64,000 nt of DNA from an uncultured delta proteobacterium (lineage in GTDB: Bacteria > Desulfobacterota > Syntrophobacteria > Syntrophobacterales > Syntrophobacteraceae), in the NCBI GenBank assembly GCA_963808625.1, contig CAWEHK010000021.1:32001-96000 (forward strand), written 5' to 3'. The position numbers and the translations under genes are program-made. Below are positions 21,876-33,900 of this stretch, in pieces (within the stretch, counting starts at the first letter, position 1; each line of letters starts with the position of its first letter). Below the pieces are notes generated by a model. That model saw only the letters and a list, made by a program, of their open reading frames with translations, searched no databases and had not been told where the DNA came from.

Positions 21876-22494
21876 TTATTTGGGCATTGGAGAGGAATAC
21901 TGGTACCCGATCAGATTGGCTTCGAAAAGGTATGCCGTGGGATTCCAGCCAACCATCGCGCCCTTTTCGGTGTCAGTTGGGCACTGCACATCCTCTGAAA
22001 GCACCAGCCAGATCTTCGCCCCAACGGCTCCGGAGAAATCTGCAGGTTTGAAGTTTGCGTCATCCGGAACGGGCAGAGCCCGTACCGATCTCCTTTTTCC
22101 CGTGGGTCATGAGGTTGCCGGCGCGATTGGTTTTCCCTTCGCCCAGACAGATCAAATAATCTCCAGGCCATGGGTCGGAATAGTAGATCAGCGTGTAATT
22201 CTCTCGAGGCAACAGTCTTCGACCCTCAAAAGCGAACGCGAACTTTTCTCCCCACAGATTGTAATGCATTCTTCCCCAGCGGTGGTTGCCAAGGAAAATG
22301 GGCCATGGACCATTTTCGGAAAGCGGGCAGCCGAAGGCATCATACGTCTCAGGGGGGTTTAGTTTTAGACTGTCATCGCACTTCTGGTAGAGCAACAATT
22401 CCCCCAGCCTCCCCACCCCTTCGTCTCGGGCCAGTGCGACCGACGTCAGGGCGATCAACATCATAACCATCAACAGAACTGCTGTCCTTTTCAT
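21876..22494 (-). CDS. Secreted hypothetical protein (frameshift near 22075)
   Basis: Signal peptide MKRTAVLL..VALA and SD AAGGAG. Reading continues as GAKIWLVLSEDV..WNPTAYLFE in another frame. Confidence 0.65.
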
Positions 22495-22903
22495 AGCGTG
22501 CTCCTTGTTAGATGAGAATGTTCGAATTCAAGAATCCTTCCTTTGTCCTCCCTTGTGTGCCTTTGTTCCGGCAAATTCAAACCTCTCTCCCGTAGAGATA
22601 CCCCCCTTTCTTTGCTTGTTCAAAATGGCAGAGCCTCGTTAATGACTTTGGCCTCCTTCGAGCGGACCTTGCGCTCTCCCCCAAGGCCAGGATCACCGGA
22701 CACGTGTTGCTATACACGACAAACTGCCAGTGAGTCACAATAAGAGGGGAAGAAAAAGAGGCTTCGGCGAGTAAACCGCTTAAGCTGGAGCTCTATGGTG
22801 AGATAGCCAAAGGGATCACCGTGCGGCAGGATTCGGAGGTATGGATCAACGGGGAGCGATCCAAGGACTTGAACCAAATGGGAACGAGTCTTCTTCCAGG
22901 AGA

Positions 22904-23972
22904 TCACCTTGGCTTGGCGAGCAAATACTGAGAAGGCCACGGCAAGTCGACGTTGAGGGCTTTGGCGGCATGGAGCGGCCAGTAAGGCTGACGCAAGAAC
23001 TCTCGCGCCATGAGGATGGCATCCGCCTGGCCGGTAGCGATGATCTGCTCCGCCTGCACCGGATGGGTAATAAACCCGACCGCCCCCGTAGCGATTTCGG
23101 CCTGCTGCCTGACCGCCGCCGCAAAGGGGACCTGGAATCCCGGACCGGCAGGGATTTTCGCGTGAGGCAGCAAAGCCCCGCTGGAACAATCGATGAGATC
23201 CACGCCGAGGGCTTTCAGACGGCGGCACAAGGCGATGGATTGGGTCAGGTCCCACCCGCCTTCGACCCAGTCAGTACACGAGATGCGGACAAAAAGCGGC
23301 AGGTGAGCCGGCCATGTTTCGTCGGAGCGATTCCGCGACTCGCAGCGGAAGGCGCAGGCGGTTTTCGAGGGGGCCGCCGTATTCATCGGTGCGATGGTTC
23401 GATAAGGGTGAGAGGAATTCGTGCAACAGGTAGCCATGGGCCATGTGGATCTCGAGGACTTCGAAACCGGCCTCGAGGCTGCGGCGGGCCGCTGCGACAA
23501 ACTGGGAAAGAACCTCTTCGATGTCCGCCTGAGTCACTTCCCGCGGCCTCGGGGACGACTCATCGAAGGGAATGGGGCTTGGCGCCAGCGGCTGCCATCC
23601 GCCTTCTTCTGCGGTCAGCGGTTTGCCGCCGCGCCATGGGGCATCCGTGGACGCTTTTCGCCCCGCATGAGCCAGCTGGATGCCGGGCACTGCTCCCTGG
23701 CTCTTCAGAAAACTGGTAATGCGTTTGAAGGCCAGCGCATGGTCATCCGACCACATCCCGCTGTCGTTGGGGGAGATCCGGCCTTCAGGTGAGACCGCCG
23801 TGGCTTCCACCATGACCAGGGCGGCCCCCCCGACGGCGCGACTGCCAAGATGCACCAGATGCCAGTCGGTGGGCTTCCCGTCGTCGCTCGAATACTGACA
23901 CATGGGCGAGACGAAAATGCGATTCCTGAACTCAATTTCCCTGATCTTCAATGGTGAGAACAGCTTGCTCAT
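22904..23972 (-). CDS. NADH:flavin oxidoreductase, old yellow enzyme (NamA/YqjM-like), frameshifted near 23330
   Basis: NRIFVSPMCQYS, IQLAHAGRKAS, EIHMAHGYLLHEFLSP and AREFLRQPYW. Confidence 0.9.
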
Positions 23973-24181
23973 GGCGATCCGATTCCGGTCAGGTGAAACA
24001 TCCGATCATCGACGACTGAATACCTTTTTCAACCACTCACTTCTGGCTGCAGGCACATTCTACAGAGCGCACGCCCGTCATCTTGCTGTCTAATGACTCC
24101 ATCGACGATAGCCGCGTCGATGCCCAGTTCTGCATAACACTTACACAAGGGCTTGACCATGCGTGATCAGCTTTCACCTTA

Positions 24182-27100
24182 TCAACTCTTTGGAGCGTCG
24201 TCAAAGTGTCGAGTAAAGTCATTTTGAGTCATATGCCGTATCCACTCCTCCTCATCATTAGCTGCCCGCTCGCACAACAAGGGCAGCGTCTCCGGATCGT
24301 CACGATACCATTTAGCCAAGGCCGAAAGGGCCTGTCTTCGAACCCATCCATCCTCATCCTGAACTACCCGCGCGCGCAGTAAGGGCAGCGTCTCTGGAGC
24401 GTCATGATACCATTTAGCCAAGGCCAAAAGGGCCTGTGCCCGAGCCCCTCCAGCCTCATCCTGAACCACCCGCGCGCGCAGCAACCGCAGCGTCTCTGGA
24501 TCGTCACGATACCATTCAGCCAAGGCCAAAAGGGCCTGTTCCCGAGCCCCTCCAGCCTCATCCTGAACCACCCGCGCGCGCAGCAACCGCAGCATCTCTG
24601 GATCGTCACGATACCATTCAGCCAAGGCCGAAAGGGCCTGTTCGCGAGCCAATCCATCCTCATCCTGAACGGCCCGCGCGCGCAACAAGAGCAGCGTCTC
24701 TGGATCGTCACGATACCATTCAGCCAAGGCCGAAAGGGCCTGTATTCGAACCCATACATCCTCATCCTGAACTACCCGCGCGCGCAGCAAGGGCAGCGTC
24801 TCTGGATCGTCACGATACCATTCAGCCAAGGCCAAAAGGGCCTGCGTTCGAGCCCCTCCAGCCTCATCCTGAACCACCCGCGCGCGCAACAAGGGCAGCG
24901 TCTCTGGATCGTCACGATACCGCACAGCCAGGGCCGAAAGGGCCTGTGCCCGAGTCCCTCCAGCCTCATCCTGAACCACCCGCGCCCGCAGCAGGGGCAG
25001 CGTTTCTGGATCGTCACGATACCATTCAGCCAAGGCCGAAAGGACCATCCCCCGTGCCTCTCCATCCTCATCTTTAACCACTCGCTCGTGCAACAATGCC
25101 AGGGTCTGCGGATCGTGCCGATACCACTGGGCCAGGGCCGAAAGGGCCATCCCCCGTGCCCATCCATACTCATCTTGGACCGTCAGGTTGCGTAACATTG
25201 GCAGGATCTGCGGCTCGGCATGCCAAGCCTCAGCCGCGTAAGCTATCGCAAATCCACGTGCGACACCGTCGGTTGCCTTAAAGATGCTGTGTCGCAGGAG
25301 TTCCAAGTTCTCAGGATGGCCACGCCGCAGCTCGGAAAACGCGTGGACAGCAAAGCATTGGGACCCAGTAGTATCGCGGCGTGCGAGGAGCTCAAGCAAG
25401 GACTGCCGAAGTTCCGGCAAATCTGATCCTACTGCGCCTAAGAAGACCCCGCACGAATGCTGCTGAAGGTATCCGGTGAAGGAATCCAGAAAAGGCACGA
25501 TATCATTGCTCAACCAGGCACTGAGGAGTTCGTTGCCCGGCCAGTTGCGGCCTACGGATCTGGCATTGGGTGCAATCACTGTGTCGAGAAAATCTGCAAG
25601 CCGCTCTTCTTTTTCTTTGAGCATTCGAGAAAATAGCCGGCAACAGGTTTGCAGCAACTGTGCCGCGGCACCCCTAATTGCCGAAGGATTCCTCACCTCG
25701 CCAAGACACTGTACAGCCAGGGCAATATTCCACGGTGGAAGAGAACCAAACTCTTCGGGCCATGGCTGATAGACTTCTCTTATCAGATAGGTAATGATTT
25801 CCCCCACCCATTTCTGGTCAATCATCCCACAGATCAGTCGCAGCACCTCGTGCCAACTCTGATCCGCCCAATGCCTGCCGAAAACGTCCTCCTTCAGTTG
25901 CTCCAGCGACAGCTCCCGGGTCTTTTCAAACTTATGGACAAAAGCCGCGGCGCAAAAGAATTCCAGGAACGCCCGATGCACAAAGCCGTAGAGATTTGCG
26001 CCATACAGCAAAAGGATAAAATTGCGCTGGCGAAACTGGTCCATCATCCCCTTCGCAATTTTTGCGGCTTCGGCAGCCGAATACTGGTAACGTTCTCTCA
26101 AGTAGCCTTCGAACTCGGCCTGTAACTGCTCGTGATGAATATAATTGCCCGCCAGACCTCCATCGCCTCCCTGCATCTTGAAGGCGAGCCGGCGCAGCAG
26201 TTCCTTTTTGTCCTCTTCACCAATCACGTCCACATCGACACGGTCGTCCCGCAGATGTTTGTTCACATCCCAGTGCTGGATCAATACACCGGCAGCGTAG
26301 TCATAGAGTTTCCAGCGTTCCTGCGGCAATTCCTGATGCTTGCCGATAATCGCCATGATGGTAAGCAGCATGGGATTGGCCGCCAGTTGGCGGATGGATG
26401 AGGATCCTCGGAAAGAGCTCAGGATGCGCTCACGGCGCTCCCGAGCTTCGTCGGGACGATCTGTCATCGCCAACCGATACCAGCGGTCCACGAACGGCTC
26501 CACCTGGTTTTGGTCCAGGTCCTGGAGCGTGAAATGCGCAAACCCCGCATCGCTGAGGATCTTTCTCCGGTAACCGATAACGCGACTGGTGACGATGACG
26601 CGTGCTCTCGCGTAATCGGATGCGAAACCGACAATCTGCCGCGTGATGCGCTCGCGGTCTTCAGCATTAAAAATCTCATCCAGGCCGTCAAAGACCACCA
26701 CCGCGCGCCCGTCATTCTTCAGATGATGGTGGAGCGCACTCTGGGTGAGATGCCAGCCCTCGGTCTTGCCAAGGTATTCCAGGAATTCCAGGAAAGTGTG
26801 GCAGGTCCCGTCCTGGCACAACCCGGCATAACTGCGCAGTTCGATCAACAGGGGAAGATGATCCTCGAACGCGCAGCGGATTTTATCATCGCCCTCGGGG
26901 TCCATAAGGGAGAGCAGGATATAGCGGGCCAGCGTTGATTTGCCCGAACCCGGATCGCCAAGGATGATGACCTGGCGATGGCGCGCGTCGGTGAGCACGT
27001 CCAGCACCGGGTGCAAGACCTTTTCATAGTAAGTCTCCCGCACCCGGCGAAGGTCCTCGAGCGTCGTGCCTTCAGGCAAGTCCTCGGGGTGGATTTCCCT

Positions 27101-27790
27101 TTCGCGTTCGAGCCTACCCCAGACTTCTTTCGGCAATTCGATCGGGGGCGGACTTTCGCGGACGTTCTGCTCCACGAAAACGGAGCGAAGTTGCATTTGC
27201 AGGTATTCTTCCTTTTGCGGCGGAGTGAGCCCTTCCAGGGCAAGTGTTTGATAGCGCTTTTTCAGGGCGGTGAAATATGCGCTGAGGTCGAATTCGGTGG
27301 AAAACGCGCCGGGAGGGGTATAGCCGGTCTCCGTGGCCCACTTGTGAATCGCGGGCGCAACGATCGAACCGATGTCTTCCGCCGACATGAATGGTCCAGC
27401 CCCGTGCTTTTCGCTCATTTCTTCACGGAGCTTCCTGATCGGCTTCCTATCATCGTCAATGAAATCGGGTGGCCACGACGCTTTGCCGTCCAGGAGAAAA
27501 ATCAGGCATTTCTTTTCACTTTTCAATGCCTGGCGGTACTCCATCTCGGTAATGGAAAGCCGGTCTGGATTGTCTGCTGTCGGTATCCAGCCGTAGCGCC
27601 AGGCAAAAATGCCAAGATACAAATCACACCGGGCGACATCCGCCAGGCATTTGTCAACGGGGCGTTGATCTTCGGCGATGTAATACTCCATCGCCACATC
27701 TTCATGTCCCATCCTGCGGACCACCAACTCAACCTGCCTGCGGCATTCTTTCAGGTCTTCGAAGGTTGAGGAGATATAAATCCTGGCCAT
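24182..27790 (-). CDS. DUF4062 + NACHT NTPase + HEAT-repeat protein (bacterial NLR-like STAND)
   Basis: MARIYISSTFEDL..YGWIP..SITEMEY (DUF4062), Walker A GDPGSGKST, Walker B VFDGLDE, NPMLL, FVHRAFLEFF, then 34-aa C-terminal repeats. Confidence 0.9.
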   Translation of the reverse strand: MARIYISSTFEDLKECRRQVELVVRRMGHEDVAMEYYIAEDQRPVDKCLADVARCDLYLGIFAWRYGWIPTADNPDRLSITEMEYRQALKSEKKCLIFLLDGKASWPPDFIDDDRKPIRKLREEMSEKHGAGPFMSAEDIGSIVAPAIHKWATETGYTPPGAFSTEFDLSAYFTALKKRYQTLALEGLTPPQKEEYLQMQLRSVFVEQNVRESPPPIELPKEVWGRLEREREIHPEDLPEGTTLEDLRRVRETYYEKVLHPVLDVLTDARHRQVIILGDPGSGKSTLARYILLSLMDPEGDDKIRCAFEDHLPLLIELRSYAGLCQDGTCHTFLEFLEYLGKTEGWHLTQSALHHHLKNDGRAVVVFDGLDEIFNAEDRERITRQIVGFASDYARARVIVTSRVIGYRRKILSDAGFAHFTLQDLDQNQVEPFVDRWYRLAMTDRPDEARERRERILSSFRGSSSIRQLAANPMLLTIMAIIGKHQELPQERWKLYDYAAGVLIQHWDVNKHLRDDRVDVDVIGEEDKKELLRRLAFKMQGGDGGLAGNYIHHEQLQAEFEGYLRERYQYSAAEAAKIAKGMMDQFRQRNFILLLYGANLYGFVHRAFLEFFCAAAFVHKFEKTRELSLEQLKEDVFGRHWADQSWHEVLRLICGMIDQKWVGEIITYLIREVYQPWPEEFGSLPPWNIALAVQCLGEVRNPSAIRGAAAQLLQTCCRLFSRMLKEKEERLADFLDTVIAPNARSVGRNWPGNELLSAWLSNDIVPFLDSFTGYLQQHSCGVFLGAVGSDLPELRQSLLELLARRDTTGSQCFAVHAFSELRRGHPENLELLRHSIFKATDGVARGFAIAYAAEAWHAEPQILPMLRNLTVQDEYGWARGMALSALAQWYRHDPQTLALLHERVVKDEDGEARGMVLSALAEWYRDDPETLPLLRARVVQDEAGGTRAQALSALAVRYRDDPETLPLLRARVVQDEAGGARTQALLALAEWYRDDPETLPLLRARVVQDEDVWVRIQALSALAEWYRDDPETLLLLRARAVQDEDGLAREQALSALAEWYRDDPEMLRLLRARVVQDEAGGAREQALLALAEWYRDDPETLRLLRARVVQDEAGGARAQALLALAKWYHDAPETLPLLRARVVQDEDGWVRRQALSALAKWYRDDPETLPLLCERAANDEEEWIRHMTQNDFTRHFDDAPKS
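24227..25144 (-). repeat. Nine tandem 102-bp coding repeats (34-aa HEAT-like units), plus a degenerate tenth
   Basis: The unit LSALAEWYRDDPETLPLLRARVVQDExxxxRxQA recurs at exact 102-nt spacing. Confidence 0.92.
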
Positions 27791-28020
27791 GCTATTCACC
27801 CTTCCTGAGCTCAAAAAGCAGCACAATCTTCGGATCAGACGCCCATTCTGCCGCGCCTCATGCGCAAAGCAGGCAGAACCCTTGACTGGCCAGTAGAATG
27901 ACAACTTATGAGGCACTGTACAACAATTTTGTTCGCCGTCTACTGCTCGCGTTTCTGTTTGTCAAATGCTTTGTATCAGGACAATCGCGCGCAAAAGCAC
28001 AGGCAAGGACAGGCTCGCAC

Positions 28021-28130
28021 TGTAAGGTGACCATAATCATGTCGCTTCATTCCGGTGAAAACCGGAATCTAGAAAAATTCTCTGGATACCGGCTTTCGCC
28101 GGTATGACGGTCTGACTTGAGACACTTATT
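28021..28130 (+). repeat. ~110-bp palindromic REP/MITE-like element, copy 1
   Basis: CATTCCGGTGAAAACCGGAATCTAG..CTGGATACCGGCTTTCGCCGGTATGAC. An inverted copy lies at 59605-59714 and a related half-site at 28244-28275. Confidence 0.75.
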
Positions 28131-28569
28131 TGGGTGGACTTGTACCAAGTTTGTGATGCAGGCTTATGGCTACAGGCCAGGGAGTTACACCATCTGCATG
28201 TACTTTCTCAGTAAGTGTGGGTGTACGAGCGCTTCTGCAACCTCTGGATTCCCGCCAAAAGCATACGGGAATGACGATCTGAGACTCCGATACTTCCTGG
28301 TTGCCTGCGACTATTGGAAAGTTACACCTGGATGAGGAAAATCGGCTGCGATCAGTTGTGGATTGGACGCACGCTTTTGGACGGAAATCGTGATATCATT
28401 CCTGACGGGGCTGCTTGAACAGCGTCAGCACCAGGTCACGAAAGATGTGCCTGGATGTGGCGGACTGATGGCTATCCCACACCGTTGATCCGAGAAGCTG
28501 GCAGAGGATGCTGCCACAACGCTCAGCACCTGTCGGTGGGAATCCAGGCTGGTTCCTGAACAATGAGGG

Positions 28570-29274
28570 TTGATGATGCTTGGCTTTGTGAGAATGGGAT
28601 TTGTGGCGAATTTGCCGGTTGCGGTGAGTGTGGCGGCATACGGCAGTATCCTCGGGGTGCTGGCGGCGCAGAAGCAGATCACCTGGCTCCAGTTGATGGC
28701 GATGAATCTGTCCATCTTTGCCGGCGCCGCCCAGTTTGTGATGGTCGATATGTGGCTTCCGCCGCTTCCCTATGGTGGAGATCACCCTTGCCGTGCTGGC
28801 GATCAATCTGCGTTATGCGCTCATTGGGGCCTCGCTTCAGCCGATATTCCAGGGAAAATCACTGCTCCACAAGCTCCTGATGATGCATCTTGTGGCCGAT
28901 GAGAACTGGGCGGTCACCATGGCTGCGTACCGAAAGGAACGGCTTGAACCTACTTCCTGTTCGGCGGTGGCCTCTGCATTCTGCTGGCGTGGTGCCTGGG
29001 AACGCTGACGGGGCATACGCTCGGCGCCGTCGTGCAAAACCCGGAAGCCTATGCCCTGGATTTTGTGTTTGTCGCCGTGTTTACGGCCTTGCTCATGACC
29101 TTGTGGCGAGGCAGACAGGACCTCACCCCCTGGCTCATCGCCGCGATCTCGGCCGTCCTCTGCCAGCAGATGCTGCCGGGGAAATGGTATATCGTGATCG
29201 GAGGAATCAGCGGGGCACTGGTTCCGGTGTTCTATCCGTCAAGCCCGCAAGCCGATTTGGGAAAAACCTCATGA
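28570..29274 (+). CDS. azlC: AzlC-family branched-chain amino acid exporter permease (two frameshifts)
   Basis: IFAGAAQF, INLRYAL, VADENWA and YALDFVFVAVF are spread over three frames. Confidence 0.8.
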
Positions 29275-29582
29275 TGACGGCCCTCGCTTCCGATGCACCG
29301 GTGTTTTTGACGATTGGTCTCGCTGCCGTAGTGACCTATCTGTTGCGTTTTGGCGGGTTGATGCTCGGCGGGAAACTCCCCCGGTCAGGAGGCTGGAAAC
29401 GCTTTATGGATGCACTCCCCGGAACGATTCTCGTGTCCTTGATCGCTCCCGCCGTCGTCTCCGCCGGACCGTGGGGAGGAGTTGGGGCCCTGGCCACGGC
29501 ACTGTGCGCCTACAAGACCAAGAATGTGCTGTTGTCGATGGTGCTTGGCGTTGCCATTGTGGCTCTCCACCGCCAGTTTTAG
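29271..29582 (+). CDS. azlD: AzlD-family membrane protein
   Basis: VVTYLLRFGG..ALPGTILVSLIAP. Overlaps the azlC stop (ATGA). Confidence 0.8.
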   Translation: MMTALASDAPVFLTIGLAAVVTYLLRFGGLMLGGKLPRSGGWKRFMDALPGTILVSLIAPAVVSAGPWGGVGALATALCAYKTKNVLLSMVLGVAIVALHRQF

Positions 29583-29744
29583 GGCCGCTTCTATTCCTCC
29601 CTCATCTGTCGTGCAATGAACGTAACAATGCTTATTCTTTAAAGGGTGATGAACGGCGAGACGCAAGGCATCGGTGATGTTTGCCCTGGCCGGGTGAACG
29701 CCGGAAACGGTGCGGGCTGGCCTGCCTTTTGGCGAGCTCGGCAT

Positions 29745-29764
29745 GGCAGGCTGGAAAGCCTGCC
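29745..29764. repeat. REP-like palindrome GGCAGGCTGGAAAGCCTGCC
   Basis: The same 20-mer occurs at 54287-54306 and inverted at 54257-54276. Confidence 0.75.
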
Positions 29765-29816
29765 CCACAAGGCTTGGTCATTCGAAAATGATCGTGTGGT
29801 ATTGGGAGAAACGGGC

Positions 29817-30941
29817 ATGAAAGGGATATCATTCGTATTTGCGGCTGCCCTGGTGTTGGGTTTGATCCAGGCGATATGGGGTTATGCCGGTAATAAAGAA
29901 CAGGGAGAGAGAACGGTCATGAGTGGAGAATATGCGACGGCTACCTTTGCCGGTGGGTGTTTCTGGTGTGTCGAGGCTGACTTTGAAAAACTCGAGGGGG
30001 TCGTGAAAGTCATTTCCGGCTATACCGGCGGCCAGGTTGAAAATCCAACCTACGAACAGGTTTCGGCGGGAAAGACAGGGCACGTAGAGGCGATTCAGGT
30101 CATTTATGATCCGAAAAAGGTTTCCTACAAGGACGTGCTGGATTACTTCTGGAGGCACGTGGACCCGACCGACCCGGGCGGGCAGTTCGTCGACCGGGGA
30201 TATCAGTATCGCACCGCCATCTTTTATCATGACGAAGAACAAAAGCGTTTGGCGGAAGCCTCGAAGCGTGAGCTGGAGCAGTCCGGGCGATTTGCGAAGC
30301 CCATCGTGACCGAGATCATCCCCTTCGCCACCTTCTATGATGCTGAGGACTACCACCAGGATTATTATAAGAAAAACCCGTTACGGTACAAGTATTACCG
30401 GTTTGCCTCCGGCCGCGATCAGTTCCTCGAGAAGGTGCCGGGTAATCAAAAGGAGGCAAGCGGCAAGGACTTGCGCGATGCCGGGTATGTCAAACCGGGT
30501 GACGATGAGCTTCGGAAGAAGCTGACGCCTGTGCAGTATAAAGTGACTCAGCAGGAAGGCACGGAGCCGCCCTTTCAAAACGAATACTGGGACAACAAAG
30601 AGGCAGGAATATACGTGGACATAGTCTCCGGTGAGCCGCTCTTCAGCTCGCTCGACAAGTACGATTCGGGGACCGGATGGCCCAGTTTCACCAGGCCTCT
30701 CGAGCCGGGCAGCATCGTTGAGAAAGAAGATCGCGGCCTTTTCATGGTGCGCACCGAAGTGAGAAGCAAGAACGGCGATTCTCATCTCGGGCACGTTTTC
30801 CCTGATGGCCCCCCACCCACCGGACGGCGCTATTGCATGAACTCAGCCGCCCTGCGATTCATCCCCAAAGAAGATCTGGAGAAGGAGGGATACGGCAAAT
30901 ACCTGGGCATTTTCTTGCAGGGTAACGATCCTGGAAAATGA
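29817..30941 (+). CDS. msrAB: Bifunctional methionine sulfoxide reductase MsrA/MsrB with signal peptide
   Basis: FAGGCFWC and AEDYHQDYY (MsrA); GTGWPSF, HLGHVF and RYCMNS (MsrB); hydrophobic N-terminus. Confidence 0.93.
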   Translation: MKGISFVFAAALVLGLIQAIWGYAGNKEQGERTVMSGEYATATFAGGCFWCVEADFEKLEGVVKVISGYTGGQVENPTYEQVSAGKTGHVEAIQVIYDPKKVSYKDVLDYFWRHVDPTDPGGQFVDRGYQYRTAIFYHDEEQKRLAEASKRELEQSGRFAKPIVTEIIPFATFYDAEDYHQDYYKKNPLRYKYYRFASGRDQFLEKVPGNQKEASGKDLRDAGYVKPGDDELRKKLTPVQYKVTQQEGTEPPFQNEYWDNKEAGIYVDIVSGEPLFSSLDKYDSGTGWPSFTRPLEPGSIVEKEDRGLFMVRTEVRSKNGDSHLGHVFPDGPPPTGRRYCMNSAALRFIPKEDLEKEGYGKYLGIFLQGNDPGK

Positions 30942-30946
30942 TCGCT

Positions 30947-33900
30947 TTACTCGGCCATCCCCGAGCGCATCGCGTCGAGCTTTTGGGCGATGAACTGGGC
31001 GATGAGCGATTCGTATTCTTTGCCCAGATAGGTGCGATAGGAAAAGAGCTCATATTTCAAGCTGTTCCAGTAAGCTACCAGCTCCTCCGCGGAATGGAAT
31101 GCACTGATCCGCTGCTCGATTGACTCGAGGTAGCGATCACGCATTCGAAAACGATGAAATTCGAACATTTCTTTGAGCAGAAAACGCTGTTCCTCGGAAA
31201 AGCTCAACTCTGCCTGCTGCCTTTCGAGCTCCTGTTCAAGTTCACCAAATTCCGAAAAACTGCGGACCGAAGCCAGCCGTTCCTGCAGGACGGCCAGGGC
31301 CCGATCACTGATTTTCTTCTGCTGCTCCTGCAACGCCCCCTGCAAGGCATCCTCGAAGTCCTTTGCGTCAAAGGGAAGCTTTTGGCGGAGTTCCTCGACC
31401 AGCTCATGGTAGCGCCGATCCAACGCTTCCCGGTCCCAGATCGTTGCCAAGGAACCCACCATGAGATCGATCGGCACCGTATAACGGTAGTCAACCCGAA
31501 TAACCCGGTCCGTGGTATTTACCTCGAAATGGATGCCGCCCGGTTCCTGATCGGGTTTGCCGGGTGACCGCCCTGCGGCACCGTTGGACTCCGGGAACGG
31601 AGAATGGCGAAGATCCCTTTGCAGCGCCGCGTGGACCCTTTCGATCTTCCGGTTTAAAGGCCCAAAGAGGATGAGGCAGTTCTTCGCTTCCGGCCCGAAG
31701 TGCTGCTCGTACACCCGCATGGAGAGCAGGAGAAGCTTAATACTCGCTTCAAGGTCCAGAAACGCGGGCAGGGTGTGGTAATCATGAACACGCACGCCCC
31801 CGCCAAGGTGATCGAGACCGCAGAGGAGCCCGCTTTGCGCGTTGGAAGGCAGCGCCGAAATGACCTCGACCGTTTTCACCGCTTCGTGGAGCTGGGCTTC
31901 AAACGCTGCCATGCCGACGCTCTTCAGCTTCTTCTTGTAGTAGATAAAGGTGACGGGCATCTTCTTGAGAAACATTTGCAGGTCCTGAAAGTCGACCCAG
32001 GTGATTCCCAGGAGTTTCAGCAGGCGCTCAAGAGCAGCAGCCTGCCGTCCCTGCCGCAGAAAATCATGCTGGTTTTCATCGCGGCTCGTATCCCGAGCAT
32101 GATTCACCGCTGCCCCCTCTCCCATCACGCACCATTCGGGGAAGCAAAACTCGGGCATCACCGCCTTGCCTTTTTCCACCAGCGCCTCTTCCAGCCATGC
32201 CTGCCAGTTGCTTTTGGTCCGGATGAGATGATGACCGGTGGCGCGGTAATTCAGGTAGCCATCCAGCAGGTCCGCAACCAGCAGGCCTTCCCGAGCGGCG
32301 GCGGCATTCAAGACGGCCTGGAGCACAAAGGCATCCAGGATGTGCTCATCCTGGCCGGCCGTCACCCATTCCAGGGCCGGGATGGGTTCCTCTCCCCGAA
32401 GGACCCGCCCAAACAAGCCATGATAGCGCACCAGGAGAATCGCGAGGCCTCCCACCTGAGGGTCAATATGGTGCTGCTCCAAAATGTTGGTCTGTTCGAG
32501 GAACATGGCTCCCCGTTCCGCGCTGGTCCTCAGCCTATCAGATTCAGGGAGACGCGCGGCGTATTGATCAACTTCACCGATCTCCTGGAACAGCAGCGCC
32601 GCCATCAGCGCCTGCAGAAGCATGGGTCGCTGCTGCATCGATTCAACGAGATGTTCAAGAATGTCCAGTTGGAAGTGGGTTACGCCGGTGCCCTCCTCGG
32701 CGAGCGGCCCGAACTCCTCTTTCGCCAGTTGATAGAAGATGTTGCGATCCTGAAAGGCGTTGCGATCCTTCCTCACTAATGCCTGAAACTTGAGAAGACC
32801 TCGCATGACACCGTCGGCAAGGGATTCCTGGTGCGGAGCACGGCGTTCGTCCCCGAGATTTCCCAGAGCATGCAGCTCGGGCAGGACAAACCGAAAGATC
32901 TCCGGACAGTGCATGGCGAGACTGTTCACGGTATCGTAAATTTCTTCCGGGACCAAAATGTGGTTTTGCATGATCCTCTTCAGCCGGCACTCGATCTCGT
33001 CAATGCTTGATCCCGCCGTGTCCGGCCGGCCGGCCATGCCGTGAGGCCCTGCCGATGGTTCCTCCTCGCGGCCGGCATGCCGCTGAAGGTAGCGGTTGAA
33101 GCTTTCCAGTTCCGAGAAGAGCCTTTCCAATTCCTTCAGGTGCCTCAGGGAAATGGTGCTCAGTTTTTGCCGTTCGAAGTGCCCCAGCAGCCCTTCAAGT
33201 TGCTGGATATCCTCCTCCACATCCACAAAGGAGAGATCGACCGCTCGGGTCACGGCATTGTTGGTAAGGCGTAACCCCGTGCCCGGGACAAATGCCGGGA
33301 GGCCCTCGGCCAGCGTCCTTCTGATGCGATCAAGATGCGTTGGGGCAAGCTTCTCCTGAGGAATTTGCAGAAGGGTTGCCTTGATCTTGGCAATACGCGC
33401 CTCGAGACGATCTTGAGGCATCCCTGCCAGCATGGGATTGAAATTAACAAGGCGCCGCTCCGAGGCAATGACGGCGATCCAAAGCAGCAGGAACCCGGCT
33501 TTTGCTCCAAGCGCCGGAAACAGCTTGCCGGTCCCATGAAATTCAGTCTCGAGAAACTGCCGGAAAAAATTTGCTTGCCCAAACAGGTCACCGCGCAAGA
33601 ACCGGCGGTTGAAATCGGCGGCCCAACCCGAAAGCTCAAGGGCTTCTTCGAGCTGCTGGAGCTTCTCCGGTTCATAGTCGCAAGCCACCTCTCTCGCGAA
33701 CTGGTCCTTGCGCATGAGGTCCTGCCAGTCGTCGAGAAATTCAAAGAGATTGAAAAACTTCATCATCTCCCTGATGGCCATGTTCTGCACACCACCGAGC
33801 GCGCTGATCTGAAGATCGTGCAGGTTCTCCCAACCCAGCCAGGGATCAGTCGCCACCGCCACGGCGGCATTGTAGAGGTGAAACAGCTCCCGAGAGTGTT

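Noticed and set aside
24227..25144. CRISPR array
   Set aside because: The 102-bp units are contiguous, in frame and coding, with no unique spacers and no cas genes.
24364..25195. Repetitive alternative-frame ORFs (24404-25195, 24436-25077 and others)
   Set aside because: These are shadows of the HEAT repeat array.
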